Below are positions 9,529 to 19,520 of a stretch of DNA of 64,000 nucleotides, piece by piece (the first letter of the stretch is position 1; every line of letters begins with the position of its first letter). A model generated the notes under the pieces. It saw only the letters and a program-made list of their open reading frames with translations, did no database searches and was not told the origin of the DNA. A program made the position numbers and the translations under genes. This stretch comes from an uncultured bacterium (lineage in GTDB: Bacteria; Acidobacteriota; Thermoanaerobaculia; Multivoradales; JAHZIX01): NCBI GenBank assembly GCA_965368975.1, contig CBDUPA010000012.1, positions 83,540-147,539 of the forward strand, written 5' to 3'.

Positions 9529-10647
9529 GTGCCCGAATCCTCCGAATCCCTAGCCACCTCGACCGACACGCTGGACCTCACCGTCCACCGCGACAAGTCG
9601 AGCGAATTCCGCACCATGACGGGCGAGCCGGCGGTGGAGGCGAGCATCATCTTGATCGCGCATCCGGAGCACCAGCGCATGGGCACGCGCTACCGCCTGG
9701 TACCGGGGGAGATGCTGGAGGTCGGGCGGTCGTCGAAGGCGGGGGTGAGTCTGCCGGAAGTGGCGGCGTTGTCGAGGGTGCACGCGCGGCTGCAGCATCG
9801 CGGGGAGTGGGTGACGCTGGAGGATCTGGGGTCGACCAATGGCACCTACATCAACGGCCGACGCCTGCACGAACCGACGGCGCTACACAGTGGCGATCGC
9901 TTCCAGGTCTCGTCGGTGCACTTCAAGTTCCTGCACGAGAAAGACGTCGAGGCGGCGTACCACGAGGCGATTTACAACCTGGTGGCGCACGACGGGTTGA
10001 CCGAGGCCTACACCAAGCGCAAGTACGAAGAAGAAGCGGCGCGCGAGCTGGCGCGGGCGGCGCGGCACCGGCGGCCGTTGTCGTTGATCCTTCTCGACCT
10101 CGACCACTTCAAAGACACCAACGACACCCACGGCCACCTGGCCGGCGACGCGCTGCTCAAGCACTTCGCGGTGGTGGTGCGCCGGCACTTGCGGCCGGAG
10201 CAGATCTTCGCCCGCGTGGGCGGCGACGAGTTTGTGGTGCTGTCGCCCGAGATGACGGCGGCGCAGGCGGAGCGGCTGGCCGAGCGGCTGTGCCACAAGC
10301 TGGCGGCGTCGCCGCTGGAGTATGAAGACGTGCGGCTGACGATCTCGGTGTCGTGCGGGGTCGCCGAGTATGCGATGGACATGGAGCGGCCCGAGGATCT
10401 CTACGCCGCTGCCGACCGGGCGCTGTACAAGGCCAAGCTGGCCGGCCGGGGACGCGCCGTGCGGGCGGAGACGAATTCGGGCGCCATGCCGCCGCTGCCG
10501 GGCTCGGACCGCCGGTTCGAGAGCCACGGCTTCGAGGCCGGCTCCGGCAACGACGCGGAGGAGTCTTCGACCGACGTGGGCGAAGCGAAGGAAGACGCCG
10601 CCCAGGATGCGGCTGGCCGCGACCCGCAAGCGGATACGCGGGGCTGA
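9529..10647 (+). CDS. FHA domain - GGDEF diguanylate cyclase
   Basis: FHA-like RLVPGEMLEVGRS...TNGTYINGRRL; GGDEF motif ARVGGDEFVV; start set to GTG 9529 (AAGGA RBS) because the ORF-track 5' extension is encoded by the repeat element. Confidence 0.7.
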   Translation: MPESSESLATSTDTLDLTVHRDKSSEFRTMTGEPAVEASIILIAHPEHQRMGTRYRLVPGEMLEVGRSSKAGVSLPEVAALSRVHARLQHRGEWVTLEDLGSTNGTYINGRRLHEPTALHSGDRFQVSSVHFKFLHEKDVEAAYHEAIYNLVAHDGLTEAYTKRKYEEEAARELARAARHRRPLSLILLDLDHFKDTNDTHGHLAGDALLKHFAVVVRRHLRPEQIFARVGGDEFVVLSPEMTAAQAERLAERLCHKLAASPLEYEDVRLTISVSCGVAEYAMDMERPEDLYAAADRALYKAKLAGRGRAVRAETNSGAMPPLPGSDRRFESHGFEAGSGNDAEESSTDVGEAKEDAAQDAAGRDPQADTRG

Positions 10648-10673
10648 CGGCGAGCTTCGCCGAGGACGTCGAC

Positions 10674-12473
10674 ATGCTGCGCGAACTCCATGTACGCAAT
10701 CTCGCCGTGCTCGCCGGAGCGGCGGTGGATTTCGCCGCCGGCTTCAATGTGCTCACCGGCGAGACCGGTGCCGGCAAGTCGATCGTCGTCGACTGCCTGG
10801 AACTGCTGGCCGGGGGCCGTGCCAGTGCCGAGCTGATCCGAACCGACGCCGACAAGCTGATGGTCTCGGGCGTCTTCGAACCGGCCGGCAACGGCTGGAA
10901 GGTGCTGCTCGAAGAGGCCGGGCTGGACGCCGACGGGCGCGAGTTGCTGATCCGCCGCGAGGTCAGCCGCGAGGGGCGCAACCGGGTGTATGTGAACGAC
11001 CAGCCGACGACGCTGCGTCTGCTCGCGGACCTGGCACCGTCGCTGCTGCGCATCCACGGCCAGCGCGACGAGCTGGGGCTGATCTCGCCCGAGCTGCAGC
11101 GCGCCTGGCTCGATCGTGCCGGCGGCGACGAGGCCGGCCCACGGCTCGACGCGGTCGCCGACGCCCACCGCGCCTGGCGCCGGCTGGCACGGCGGCTCGA
11201 GAGCCTGACGGGTGACGAGGAGCTGCGCCGCCAGCGTCTCGACTTGCTGCGCTTCCAGGCGTCCGAGATCGACGCTGCTGAGGTGCGCGCCGGTGAGGAG
11301 GACGAGCTGCGCCAGGAGCGCGACCAGCTGCGCCACCGCGAGGCGGTGGTGGCGGCGCTGTCCGAGCTGGTCGAGCGGCTGTACGAGGGCGAGACGGCGG
11401 TGGTCGACGAGCTGGCCAAGAGTGGCCACCGGCTGCAGGACATCGGCGAGTGGGAGCCCGCGGCAGCGAGCTGGACGACGGAACTCGAGGAGCTGCGCAT
11501 CCGCGCCGAGGAGGTGGCGCGCGGCGTGCGCGAGCGCCTGGACGGCATGGAGAGCGACCCGCGACGCCTCAACGCGGTGGAGGACCGGCTGTCGACGCTC
11601 GAACGCCTGTGCCGCAAGTACCATGGCACGACCGACGACATCCTGGTGCGGCGCGCCGAGATCGCCGCCGAGCTCGAAGAGCTGGAAGGCGACGCCGAGA
11701 ACGTCGAGGAGCTGGAGGCCGAGGCGGCGGCGGCGCTGGACGTCTATCGCAAGGCCGCGCTGGCGCTGTCGGCGGCGCGCGTGCGCTGGGGACAGGGGCT
11801 GGCCGAGCGCATGACCGCCGAGCTGGCCGACCTGGCGCTGGCGCAGGCGCGGCTGGAGGTGCGGCTGGAGCGCAGGCCACAGCCGAGCAGTCCGCTGCTC
11901 GTCGACGGCGTGGCGGTCGACTTCTCGGCGGCGGGTGTCGACCAGGTCGCATTCTACTTCGCGCCCAACCCCGGCGAGGCACCGCAGCCGCTGTCCAAGA
12001 TCGCTTCTGGCGGTGAGCTGTCGCGCTTGTCGCTCGCTTTGCAGCTCGCGGCGCGGGCCGAAGGCATGCAAGATCGACCGACGCTGGTGTTCGACGAGGT
12101 CGACACCGGCATCGGCGGTGCCGAGGGTGCGGCGCTGGGGGCCAAGCTGCGACGCCTGGCGCGCGGTGGCCAGATCTTTGCCGTCACCCATCTGCCGCAG
12201 GTGGCCAGCTGCGGCGACCACCACCTGAAGGTGAGCAAGGAAGTGCGTGGCGGCCGGACCTTCGCCGAGGTCGAAGCGCTGAGCGACAGTGCCCGCGTCG
12301 ACGAGGTGGCGCGCATGCTCGGCGGCGAGACGCTGACGGACCTGTCGCGCCAGCACGCGCGCGAGCTGCTGCGGGATGGCCGTGAGCTACAGCGGGAAGG
12401 CACAGAGGGCGATCCGCCCTCCAGCAGCGGCAAGAAGCGCCCACGAGCCAAGCGCGCCGCCGCCGGGAGCTGA
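10674..12473 (+). CDS. recN: DNA repair protein RecN
   Basis: MLRELHVRNLAVL...FNVLTGETGAGKSIVVDCL N-terminal SMC-like Walker A; C-terminal ABC signature region; start at ATG 10674 with GAGGA RBS. Confidence 0.85.
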   Translation: MLRELHVRNLAVLAGAAVDFAAGFNVLTGETGAGKSIVVDCLELLAGGRASAELIRTDADKLMVSGVFEPAGNGWKVLLEEAGLDADGRELLIRREVSREGRNRVYVNDQPTTLRLLADLAPSLLRIHGQRDELGLISPELQRAWLDRAGGDEAGPRLDAVADAHRAWRRLARRLESLTGDEELRRQRLDLLRFQASEIDAAEVRAGEEDELRQERDQLRHREAVVAALSELVERLYEGETAVVDELAKSGHRLQDIGEWEPAAASWTTELEELRIRAEEVARGVRERLDGMESDPRRLNAVEDRLSTLERLCRKYHGTTDDILVRRAEIAAELEELEGDAENVEELEAEAAAALDVYRKAALALSAARVRWGQGLAERMTAELADLALAQARLEVRLERRPQPSSPLLVDGVAVDFSAAGVDQVAFYFAPNPGEAPQPLSKIASGGELSRLSLALQLAARAEGMQDRPTLVFDEVDTGIGGAEGAALGAKLRRLARGGQIFAVTHLPQVASCGDHHLKVSKEVRGGRTFAEVEALSDSARVDEVARMLGGETLTDLSRQHARELLRDGRELQREGTEGDPPSSSGKKRPRAKRAAAGS

Positions 12474-12474
12474 C

Positions 12475-13170
12475 GTGGCCGAGGCCGTGGCGCGCTGGAG
12501 CTGGGACCACGACCCGGCCGGGGTGCGCGCCCTGCTCGACGCCGGCGGCGTGCTGGCGATCCCCAGCGAATCGAGCTACGGCCTGGCGGTCGAGCCGACG
12601 AGCGTCGCGGGCGTCGAGGCGGTGTACCGGCTCAAGCAGCGCGACGCCGGCAAGCCGCTGCTGGTGGTGGTGGCGTCGCGGGCGCAGCTCGAAGCGCTCG
12701 GCGTCGCGGCACCCGCTCCGGCCTGGCGCGCGCTCGACGCCGCTTGGCCGGCACCCTTGACCGCCGTCTTGCCCCTGGCTCCCGAAGTCGCCGCCGGGAA
12801 CAATCTTCCTGCCGCGGCCGGTTCTTCTAGCTTGGCGGTGCGCATCCCCGATCACCCGCGGCTGCGCGCCTGGCTGGCCTGTGTCGGGCCGGTGACCGCC
12901 ACCAGCGCAAACCTCAGCGGTGAACCTCCCGTACTCAGTGCGGACGGTGCCGCCGAGTTGCTGGCCCGGCTGGCGCACAGCCCGGGGAACCACGTTCCCG
13001 TCGCAGTGATCGAAGGGGATGTGCCCGGCGGCCTCCCCTCGACGCTGATCGCCTGGGCGGGCTCTGATTCTGATCACCACGATGCCCCCGCCTGGCGCCT
13101 GCTGCGCGCCGGGCGCTACGACCTGACTGACACGGACTTCCAACCATTCATGGTACCTTCCCAGCGATGA
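12475..13170 (+). CDS. tsaC: L-threonylcarbamoyladenylate synthase (YrdC/Sua5 family)
   Basis: PSESSYGL and TSANLSGEPP motifs; GTG start 2 nt after the recN stop. Confidence 0.7.
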   Translation: MAEAVARWSWDHDPAGVRALLDAGGVLAIPSESSYGLAVEPTSVAGVEAVYRLKQRDAGKPLLVVVASRAQLEALGVAAPAPAWRALDAAWPAPLTAVLPLAPEVAAGNNLPAAAGSSSLAVRIPDHPRLRAWLACVGPVTATSANLSGEPPVLSADGAAELLARLAHSPGNHVPVAVIEGDVPGGLPSTLIAWAGSDSDHHDAPAWRLLRAGRYDLTDTDFQPFMVPSQR

Positions 13171-15275
13171 ACCAACCTCCTGCTCGTTTCCCGCGTCGAC
13201 GTCTTGCCACCTTCTTTCTCGGCCGCCGCGGTGCCGTGCTGCCGGTCTTGTGGGTCGCTGTCGTGGCCACCTTGTTGGCCCCTTCCTGGGCGACCGGATC
13301 GGCGCTGGCGCAGGACGAGCTGTCTCGCGACGAGTTGCCCGCGCAGCCACCCGTGCCGCACGACGAGATCGAAATCTTCGAACTGCACGAGGCGCGCGCC
13401 GGCCAGACGGGCTACGGCCTGTCCGTCTTCCAGGGGCGTGAGCCGCAGCGCTTCGAGGTCGAAGTGATTGGCGTCATGGAAGACTCGTCCGGCCTCGGCG
13501 ACGCCATCCTGGCGCACCTCAAGGGGCAGGGCCTGGAAGAGAGCGGCGTGCTCGGCGGCATGAGCGGCAGCCCGGTGTACATCGAGGGTCGCCTGGCCGG
13601 TGCCGTCGCCTTCAGCTGGAATTTCAGCCGCGGCGCCATCGCCGGCATCACGCCGATCCGCGACATGCGCCGCTTGCGTGTCGAGCCGGTCGCGGAAGTA
13701 CCCGCGGGCGAGATGGCGAGGTCGGACGCCTCGGTCTCGTCCTCAATCTCCACGACCACCCGGGAGGGCGCCGTGCCCGTTCCCAGCCTCGACGACCTGC
13801 TGCACCGGCGCTTCGACCAAGACCTGCTGCAGCAGCACCTCGCCGCGCTACGCCCGCCGACAGTGAGGGGTGGTGGTGGTCCCGAGGCGGCGACGTCCAA
13901 CGTTCAGTGGCTGGCCAGCGGCTTCAGTGACGGCGGCCGCCAGCTGCTGCGCTCGGCCCTCGGGCCCGTCACCTTTGGCGCGCCGATCCAGGAGCGGACC
14001 AGCGGCGCGGGACTGTTGGAAAGGGGGACACTGCTGGATCGTGGCGGCGACGATGGTGTCTCCGGCCTGCCCAGCGCGCGTCCGAACGCCCCCGATCTGA
14101 CCGCGCTCTACGAGCCCGACTTCACCGACGTTGCCAAGCCGGGCGGTGCGGTGATGGCGGCACTGGTCTTTGGCGACCTCAAGCTCGCCGCCGCTGGCAC
14201 CGTCACCGACGTCCAGGGCAACGACGTGGTCGCCTTCGGCCATCCCTTCCTGGGCGCCGGCCCGGTGCGCCTGCCGATGGCTTCGGCCGACATCGTCACC
14301 ACCGTCTCCAGCATCTTCAGCTCGTTCAAGGTCTCCAACATCGGCCGATTGGTCGGTACCGTGTGGCAGGACCGCTCCGCAGGCATCTACGGCCGCTTGG
14401 GCGAGGCGCCGCCGATCCTGCCTTTGACGGTGCGCTTGCATCCATCGGCCGGGCCGGGTGCTGACAGTGCGGAGGTCTACCAGATGTACCTGGCCGAAGC
14501 GCGCGACATCACGCCCGCTCTGCTCGGCACCGCCGCCGTCAGCATTCTCGACGTTGCCAGCCCGCGCCTGGGCGCCGGCAGCGTCGACCTGCGCGCCCGC
14601 TTCCAGATCGCTGGCCACGACGAACTGATCGTCGAGCAGAGCTTCGACGCGCCGCAGGCTGGCGTGCAAGCGATCATCACGACGCTCAGCTACGCCGCCT
14701 TCCTGATGCAGACACCGCAGGCGCCGCTCGACCTCGAAGCCATCGAGCTGGATTTCACCCTGCACCCGCGCCGCCGGCTGCAGACCCTGGTCGATGCCCA
14801 CCCGCTGCGCACCGTCGTCAAGCCCGGCGAGCGTCTGCCGGTATTCCTCGAACTCGAGTCCTACACCGGCGGTCGCCAGCGTCGCACCGTCGAGGTGCCG
14901 CTACCCGAGCATCTCGACGACGGTACCTACGTGCTGCTGGTCGCCGACGGTGCCAGCGCCGATGCGCTGCGCCTGGCGGTCGAGCCGCAAGACCCGACGT
15001 CGATCGACGACAGTCTGGCGATGCTGCGCGGCTTCCACTCCAACCGTGAAGTGCACGTCCTCGGCCTGGTGCCCGACCGCGGCCTGGTGCTCGGCGGCCA
15101 GGCCTTGCCGCGCGTGCCGGCGTCGATGCAGACCGTCTGGGGCCAGGCGCCGCCCGGCAGCACGCAGCCGCTCAATCTGGCGCTGGTCGACGAGACCAGC
15201 TGGACCTGGGACGAACCCGTCGCCGGCCTCGTTCGCATCGATTTGACGGTTCGCCGAGGAACCGGCCGTCGATGA
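13167..15275 (+). CDS. secreted peptidase S55 (SpoIVB-like) family serine protease
   Basis: Signal-like N-terminus; GGMSGSPVYIEGRLAGAV serine-protease motif; ATGA overlap with tsaC. Confidence 0.55.
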   Translation: MNQPPARFPRRRLATFFLGRRGAVLPVLWVAVVATLLAPSWATGSALAQDELSRDELPAQPPVPHDEIEIFELHEARAGQTGYGLSVFQGREPQRFEVEVIGVMEDSSGLGDAILAHLKGQGLEESGVLGGMSGSPVYIEGRLAGAVAFSWNFSRGAIAGITPIRDMRRLRVEPVAEVPAGEMARSDASVSSSISTTTREGAVPVPSLDDLLHRRFDQDLLQQHLAALRPPTVRGGGGPEAATSNVQWLASGFSDGGRQLLRSALGPVTFGAPIQERTSGAGLLERGTLLDRGGDDGVSGLPSARPNAPDLTALYEPDFTDVAKPGGAVMAALVFGDLKLAAAGTVTDVQGNDVVAFGHPFLGAGPVRLPMASADIVTTVSSIFSSFKVSNIGRLVGTVWQDRSAGIYGRLGEAPPILPLTVRLHPSAGPGADSAEVYQMYLAEARDITPALLGTAAVSILDVASPRLGAGSVDLRARFQIAGHDELIVEQSFDAPQAGVQAIITTLSYAAFLMQTPQAPLDLEAIELDFTLHPRRRLQTLVDAHPLRTVVKPGERLPVFLELESYTGGRQRRTVEVPLPEHLDDGTYVLLVADGASADALRLAVEPQDPTSIDDSLAMLRGFHSNREVHVLGLVPDRGLVLGGQALPRVPASMQTVWGQAPPGSTQPLNLALVDETSWTWDEPVAGLVRIDLTVRRGTGRR

Positions 15276-17671
15276 TGTCGCCGCCGATGACACTTCTTCT
15301 TTCCACCTCGACCTCGAAGCCACGGAGACCGCTCGCCGCCATGACCCACTCCCCGCGTCCCCGCCCTGCGCGCCGCGCCTCACTGGCGCCGCTCACCGCC
15401 GCTCCGCTCACGGCTGCTCTGCTCACGACCGCCTTGCTGCTGTCTCCGGCCCTGGCACCGCCCGCGAGCGCCACCGAGGTCAAGATCTTCCGCACCGCCG
15501 ACCGCGCCGGCTTCCTGGCTGGTGAGCTCGACGGCGTCAGCCTCGATCAGCTCGGCCGCCTGCGCCTGGCGGATCGCATCGAGCGCGTCAGCACCGTCGA
15601 GGAACCGTACCTGTACGCCGCCGCGGACTATCCGTCCGAGGATGGCGGCGGCTGGGTCGTCGGCACCGGTAGCGCCGGGCGTGTGTACCACGTGCGCCAG
15701 GACGGCACCTCCTCGCTGCTGTTCGAGGTCGCTGAGCCGCAGGTGCTGAGCGTGCTCAGCCACGGCGGCGCCGTCTACGTCGGCACCGGTCCGACCCCCG
15801 GCGCCGAGGCCACCGGCAAGGTCTACCGCTACACGCCGCCAGCGTCCGGCAGCGACGAAGCGACGCTCGAAGTCTTGTTCGACAGCGGCGAGACCTATGT
15901 TTGGGCGCTGGCCATGCTGAGCGATGGTCGCCTGGCGGTCGGCACCGGTACGCAGGGCAAGCTGTTCGCCCTCGACCTGAAGCAGGATCTGGCCGAGCAG
16001 GAAGCCACCCTGCTGCACGACTCCACGGACATCCACATCCGCAGCCTGCTGGCGCTTCCCGAGGACGGCGACTTCGGTGGTGGCCTGCTCGCCGGCACCG
16101 CTGGCGAAGGCCTGCTGCTACACGTCGCCGCCAACGGCACCACGCGCACGCTCTACGACGCGGCGCAGCCCGAGATCACCGCGCTGACCGCCGGCCCGGA
16201 CGCTAGCGGCTCCGGCGTGCGCGCGTATGCCGCCGCCATCGCCTCTGAAGCCTCCGGCGTCGACCTCGCACGCCGCGCCGCCCAGCAACAGCAGCAGCAA
16301 AGCCAGGAAGACCCGAGCAACGGCGACTCGCAGGCCGAGCTCGTCGCCCCGACACCCGACGGCACCGTCGGCTCGCGTCCCGGCAATTTCCGCGGCGGTC
16401 GCAGTGAGATCCTCACCATCGCCGCCGATGGCGTCGTCGAGAGCCTGTGGACGTTCCAGGAACAGACCGTCTTCAGCCTGCTCTACCTGGATGACCGCCT
16501 GTGGCTCGGCACCGGCGTCGAGGGCGAGCTGTTCAGCTTCCGCGGCGGCGACATGGTGGTCGAGAAGCAGAGCGAGGAGCGGCAGGTGATGGCGCTGCTG
16601 GCGAGCGAAGACGGCCCCGTCCTGGCCACCACCAACGGCGCCGCCGTCTACCGCGCCAGCGGTGGTCGAGAATCGGCGGGCATCTACACCAGCAGCGTCT
16701 ACGATGCCGAGGCCGTTTCGCGCTTCGGCAGCTTCCGCTGGTACGGCTCGCAGGCCGAGAAGGCTGCCAGCTTCTCCTTCCGCTCCGGCCTCTCCGCCTT
16801 CCCGGACGCCACCTGGTCCGACTGGACCGCACCCAAGAACGGCCACGAGATCGCCCTCGACACCCTGCCTGCCGGCCGCTACGTGCAGTGGCGCGCCGAG
16901 CTGAAGAATGGCGACGTGAGCCCGCGTCTCGACGCCGTCGAGCTGAGCTACCGGCAGCGCAACGCCAAGCCGCGCATCCACGAGCTGAGCGTCCTGGAAC
17001 CGGGGCAGATCCTGGTCCCCAGCACCTTCAACCCCAACGGCCAGACGTTCGAACCCGCGCACCCCAACCGCGATGGCATCTTCACCACCCTGCAGCCTGC
17101 CGCGCGCGAGGATGCCCGCCTCAAGACGCTGTGGAAGCTTGGCTACCGCTCGCTGTCCTGGAAGACCGAAGATCCCAACCAGGACGACCTCGAGTACACG
17201 CTGTCGTTCCAGCGCCAAGCGGACGTGGCGCCGGCAGACGACTGGTTGCCGATGGTCGAGAAGCTCGACGACGACCACCTCAGCTTCGACGCCACCGTGC
17301 TGCCCGATGGCATCTACCGTTTCCGTCTCGAAGCCAGCGATGCCGAGGCCAACCTGCCCGGCGAAGGCCAGAGCGCCGAGCGCGTCAGTGAGCCGGTGGT
17401 GATCGACCACAGTGTGCCGGTGCTGGTCAAAGCCGAGCGCCAGGGCAGTACCCTGCAGGTCGAAGTGCGCGACGCCTGGAACCCCCTGCGCGAAGTCGTC
17501 TACAGCGTCGATGCCGGCGAATGGCAACGCGCTCCCACCGCCGATGCCCTGGTCGACGGTCGGCGCGAAGTGCTGCAGATTCCGATCCCCGAAGGCGCCA
17601 AGCTGCTGATCCTGCGCTGCACCGACGCTGCCCACAACGTCATTACCTTCGACTTGTCCGGAGAGCTGTGA
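15272..17671 (+). CDS. secreted beta-propeller repeat protein of unknown function
   Basis: Repeated WVVGTG / VYVGTG / LAVGTG / LWLGTG blades; signal peptide ...PASA-TEV; ATGA overlap with upstream gene; true start may be MTHSPRP (15341). Confidence 0.5.
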   Translation: MMSPPMTLLLSTSTSKPRRPLAAMTHSPRPRPARRASLAPLTAAPLTAALLTTALLLSPALAPPASATEVKIFRTADRAGFLAGELDGVSLDQLGRLRLADRIERVSTVEEPYLYAAADYPSEDGGGWVVGTGSAGRVYHVRQDGTSSLLFEVAEPQVLSVLSHGGAVYVGTGPTPGAEATGKVYRYTPPASGSDEATLEVLFDSGETYVWALAMLSDGRLAVGTGTQGKLFALDLKQDLAEQEATLLHDSTDIHIRSLLALPEDGDFGGGLLAGTAGEGLLLHVAANGTTRTLYDAAQPEITALTAGPDASGSGVRAYAAAIASEASGVDLARRAAQQQQQQSQEDPSNGDSQAELVAPTPDGTVGSRPGNFRGGRSEILTIAADGVVESLWTFQEQTVFSLLYLDDRLWLGTGVEGELFSFRGGDMVVEKQSEERQVMALLASEDGPVLATTNGAAVYRASGGRESAGIYTSSVYDAEAVSRFGSFRWYGSQAEKAASFSFRSGLSAFPDATWSDWTAPKNGHEIALDTLPAGRYVQWRAELKNGDVSPRLDAVELSYRQRNAKPRIHELSVLEPGQILVPSTFNPNGQTFEPAHPNRDGIFTTLQPAAREDARLKTLWKLGYRSLSWKTEDPNQDDLEYTLSFQRQADVAPADDWLPMVEKLDDDHLSFDATVLPDGIYRFRLEASDAEANLPGEGQSAERVSEPVVIDHSVPVLVKAERQGSTLQVEVRDAWNPLREVVYSVDAGEWQRAPTADALVDGRREVLQIPIPEGAKLLILRCTDAAHNVITFDLSGEL

Positions 17672-18171
17672 TGCCCCATCGACGTCCCCCCGGAGCCCCC
17701 CTCACTGCCGTCTACCCGGGCTCCTTCGACCCCATCCATCACGGCCATCTCGACCTGATCGAGCGCTGTAGCGTGCTGTTCGACGAAGTCATCGTCGGCG
17801 TGCTGCACAACGAAGCCAAGCAGCCGCTGTTCACCAGCGCCGAGCGCGTCGAGATGATCTCCGAGCAGGTCACCCCCTTCGGCAACTGCCGCGTCGAGGC
17901 CTTCTCCGGCCTGCTCGTCGACTTCGTCGAAGGCGCCGGCGCCTCCTGCGTCATCCGCGGCCTGCGCGCCGTCGCCGACTTCGAGTACGAGTTCCAGATG
18001 GCGCTGATGAACCGGCGTCTCAACCCGAGAGTCGAGACCATGTTCATGATGCCCAAGGAGGACTACACCTTCCTGTCCAGCCGGACGGTGAAAGAAGTCT
18101 TCTTCCTCGGCGGCAACCTGGATGGCCTGGTGCCTGAGGGCGTGATCGAGCGGATGAAGGAGAAGTTGTAG
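17671..18171 (+). CDS. coaD: phosphopantetheine adenylyltransferase
   Basis: TAVYPGSFDPIHHGHLDLIERC (HxGH nucleotidyltransferase motif); GTGATG overlap with upstream stop. Confidence 0.85.
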   Translation: MPHRRPPGAPLTAVYPGSFDPIHHGHLDLIERCSVLFDEVIVGVLHNEAKQPLFTSAERVEMISEQVTPFGNCRVEAFSGLLVDFVEGAGASCVIRGLRAVADFEYEFQMALMNRRLNPRVETMFMMPKEDYTFLSSRTVKEVFFLGGNLDGLVPEGVIERMKEKL

Positions 18172-18333
18172 GGGTTCCAGGGGGAGGGCGCAATGCCTTG
18201 CGCCCCTACGACCCGCGCCCCCGCCCGAACGTTACGCATTCGGGAGATCCACCAGGCCGCGGAGTTCGTGCCGTGCGTAGCGTTCGGGGGAAGGGTGGTT
18301 CCGTAGGGGCGCAGGGGTCTGCGCCCTCTGGTG
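18172..18333. repeat. GC-rich palindromic repeat element, copy 2
   Basis: agggcgcaatgccttgcgcccctacgacc ... ccgaacgttacgcat ... gtaggggcgcaggggtctgcgccct; terminal inverted hairpins. Confidence 0.6.
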
Positions 18334-19353
18334 TCACAACATTCCCCGCAGCCACGCTCTCAGCCACAGAGGCCACCGCTTCCACCGCCCCGCCTCGACC
18401 GCCAGCTCCGCCGCCTCGACGCACAGGCGACGCCGCCAGTGCTCGCGCACCGCGTCGAACGTGTAGTCCTTCGCCCGCTCGCGCCCGTTCTCGACCATCG
18501 CCCGGTACAGCCCTGGCTCGGTGCGCAAGCGTCGGATCGCCGCTTTGGCGTCGTCCAGGCCCTCCACCTCGATGTAGTCCAGCTCCGAGCGGCGCAACTC
18601 GCGGTACGCCGCTTCCGGTCCCAGCAGCGCCGGAACCCCGGCGTGCCAGGCATTGACCAGCTTGGTGGCGGGCTTCTTCGAGTGCAACCGGCGATCCGGC
18701 GGACGGACGGCGAGGACGAGGTCGACGTCGCGGTAGTCGGGCCAGTGTGTCTCGGGCATCTCTTCCTTCTGGAAGGCGACCGAGTCGAGGTCCCAGGTCA
18801 TGTCCTGGTCGTGCAGGAAGGTCGGCCACGAAGGGTCGTGGAACGCGGGGTGCAGGTTGCCGTGGAAGCCCTTGTACGCCAGGTGCTCGACACGCGTGCC
18901 GCGCTGCGGATCGCGCGCTTGCAGTCCTGCCTGCGGCCAGTGCGGCACGTGCACGCGTCGCTGACCCGCATGCAGTGAGTCGTCGGCATAGACCCCGTTC
19001 TGCAGGATCTCGAGATCCGCCAGCCGTGCCGGCTTGAGGTCGCCGCGCACGCCGACCAGGACGAGATCGGCGTCTGTACCGCGACGCTGCAACTCCTTGC
19101 GCAGCGTGTGGCGGTGCTTGCTGTGGAAGACGACAACCTTGCTCTCCGGTGACACCGCGGGCAGCGCGTCCACCAGTTCCGCGTCCACCGGCGGCGACTG
19201 GCCCGCTCGCCGCAAGCGCAGGCAGGTTTGCAGGATCCAGGCATGCTCGCCGCGTCGGAAGGCGGTCCAGTCGCGGTCGGGGTCGAGGTGGAGGAGGGAG
19301 GGGAGCCCACTATGGGAAGACTCGTCTTGGTGGGGGAGGTAGAAGAGGATCAT
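18334..19353 (-). CDS. hypothetical protein (possibly a glycosyltransferase-like alpha/beta fold); flanked on both sides by repeat elements
   Basis: 339-aa ORF filling the gap between coaD and dusA; no diagnostic motif recognised. Confidence 0.4.
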   Translation of the reverse strand: MILFYLPHQDESSHSGLPSLLHLDPDRDWTAFRRGEHAWILQTCLRLRRAGQSPPVDAELVDALPAVSPESKVVVFHSKHRHTLRKELQRRGTDADLVLVGVRGDLKPARLADLEILQNGVYADDSLHAGQRRVHVPHWPQAGLQARDPQRGTRVEHLAYKGFHGNLHPAFHDPSWPTFLHDQDMTWDLDSVAFQKEEMPETHWPDYRDVDLVLAVRPPDRRLHSKKPATKLVNAWHAGVPALLGPEAAYRELRRSELDYIEVEGLDDAKAAIRRLRTEPGLYRAMVENGRERAKDYTFDAVREHWRRRLCVEAAELAVEAGRWKRWPLWLRAWLRGML

Positions 19354-19520
19354 GGGGAGCCCTCATCCGCCCCGGAGGGCGCAGACCCCTGCGCCCCTAC
19401 AGACCCGCGCCGCCGCCCGAACGTTACGTGGTCCGAATCGTTCATGCCGTGCGTTCCGTTCGGGGGTTGGGGTGGGTCGTAGGGGCGCAAGGCATTGCGC
19501 CCTGGGTGGTGGTTGGCTCC
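19354..19520. repeat. GC-rich palindromic repeat element, copy 3 (overlaps dusA 3' end)
   Basis: agggcgcagacccctgcgcccctacagacc ... ccgaacgttacg ... gtaggggcgcaaggcattgcgccct. Confidence 0.6.

Noticed and set aside
10157-11641. 494-aa Ser/Arg/Pro-rich ORF antisense to recN, and similar long antisense or alternate-frame ORFs (7279..8193, 12184..13350, 16118..17635, 26934..28802, 36172..37323, 46552..48360, 59676..61205, 10401..12356)
   Set aside because: Low-complexity Arg/Pro/Ala-rich translations typical of spurious ORFs on the opposite strand or off-frame of real genes in 70% GC DNA. Each fully overlaps a gene with recognisable conserved motifs.
9306-19520. Possibility that the GC-rich repeats are a CRISPR array
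   Set aside because: Only three copies, about 9-10 kb and 1 kb apart, each ~150 bp with internal hairpins. There are no regularly spaced short direct repeats with unique spacers and no cas genes.
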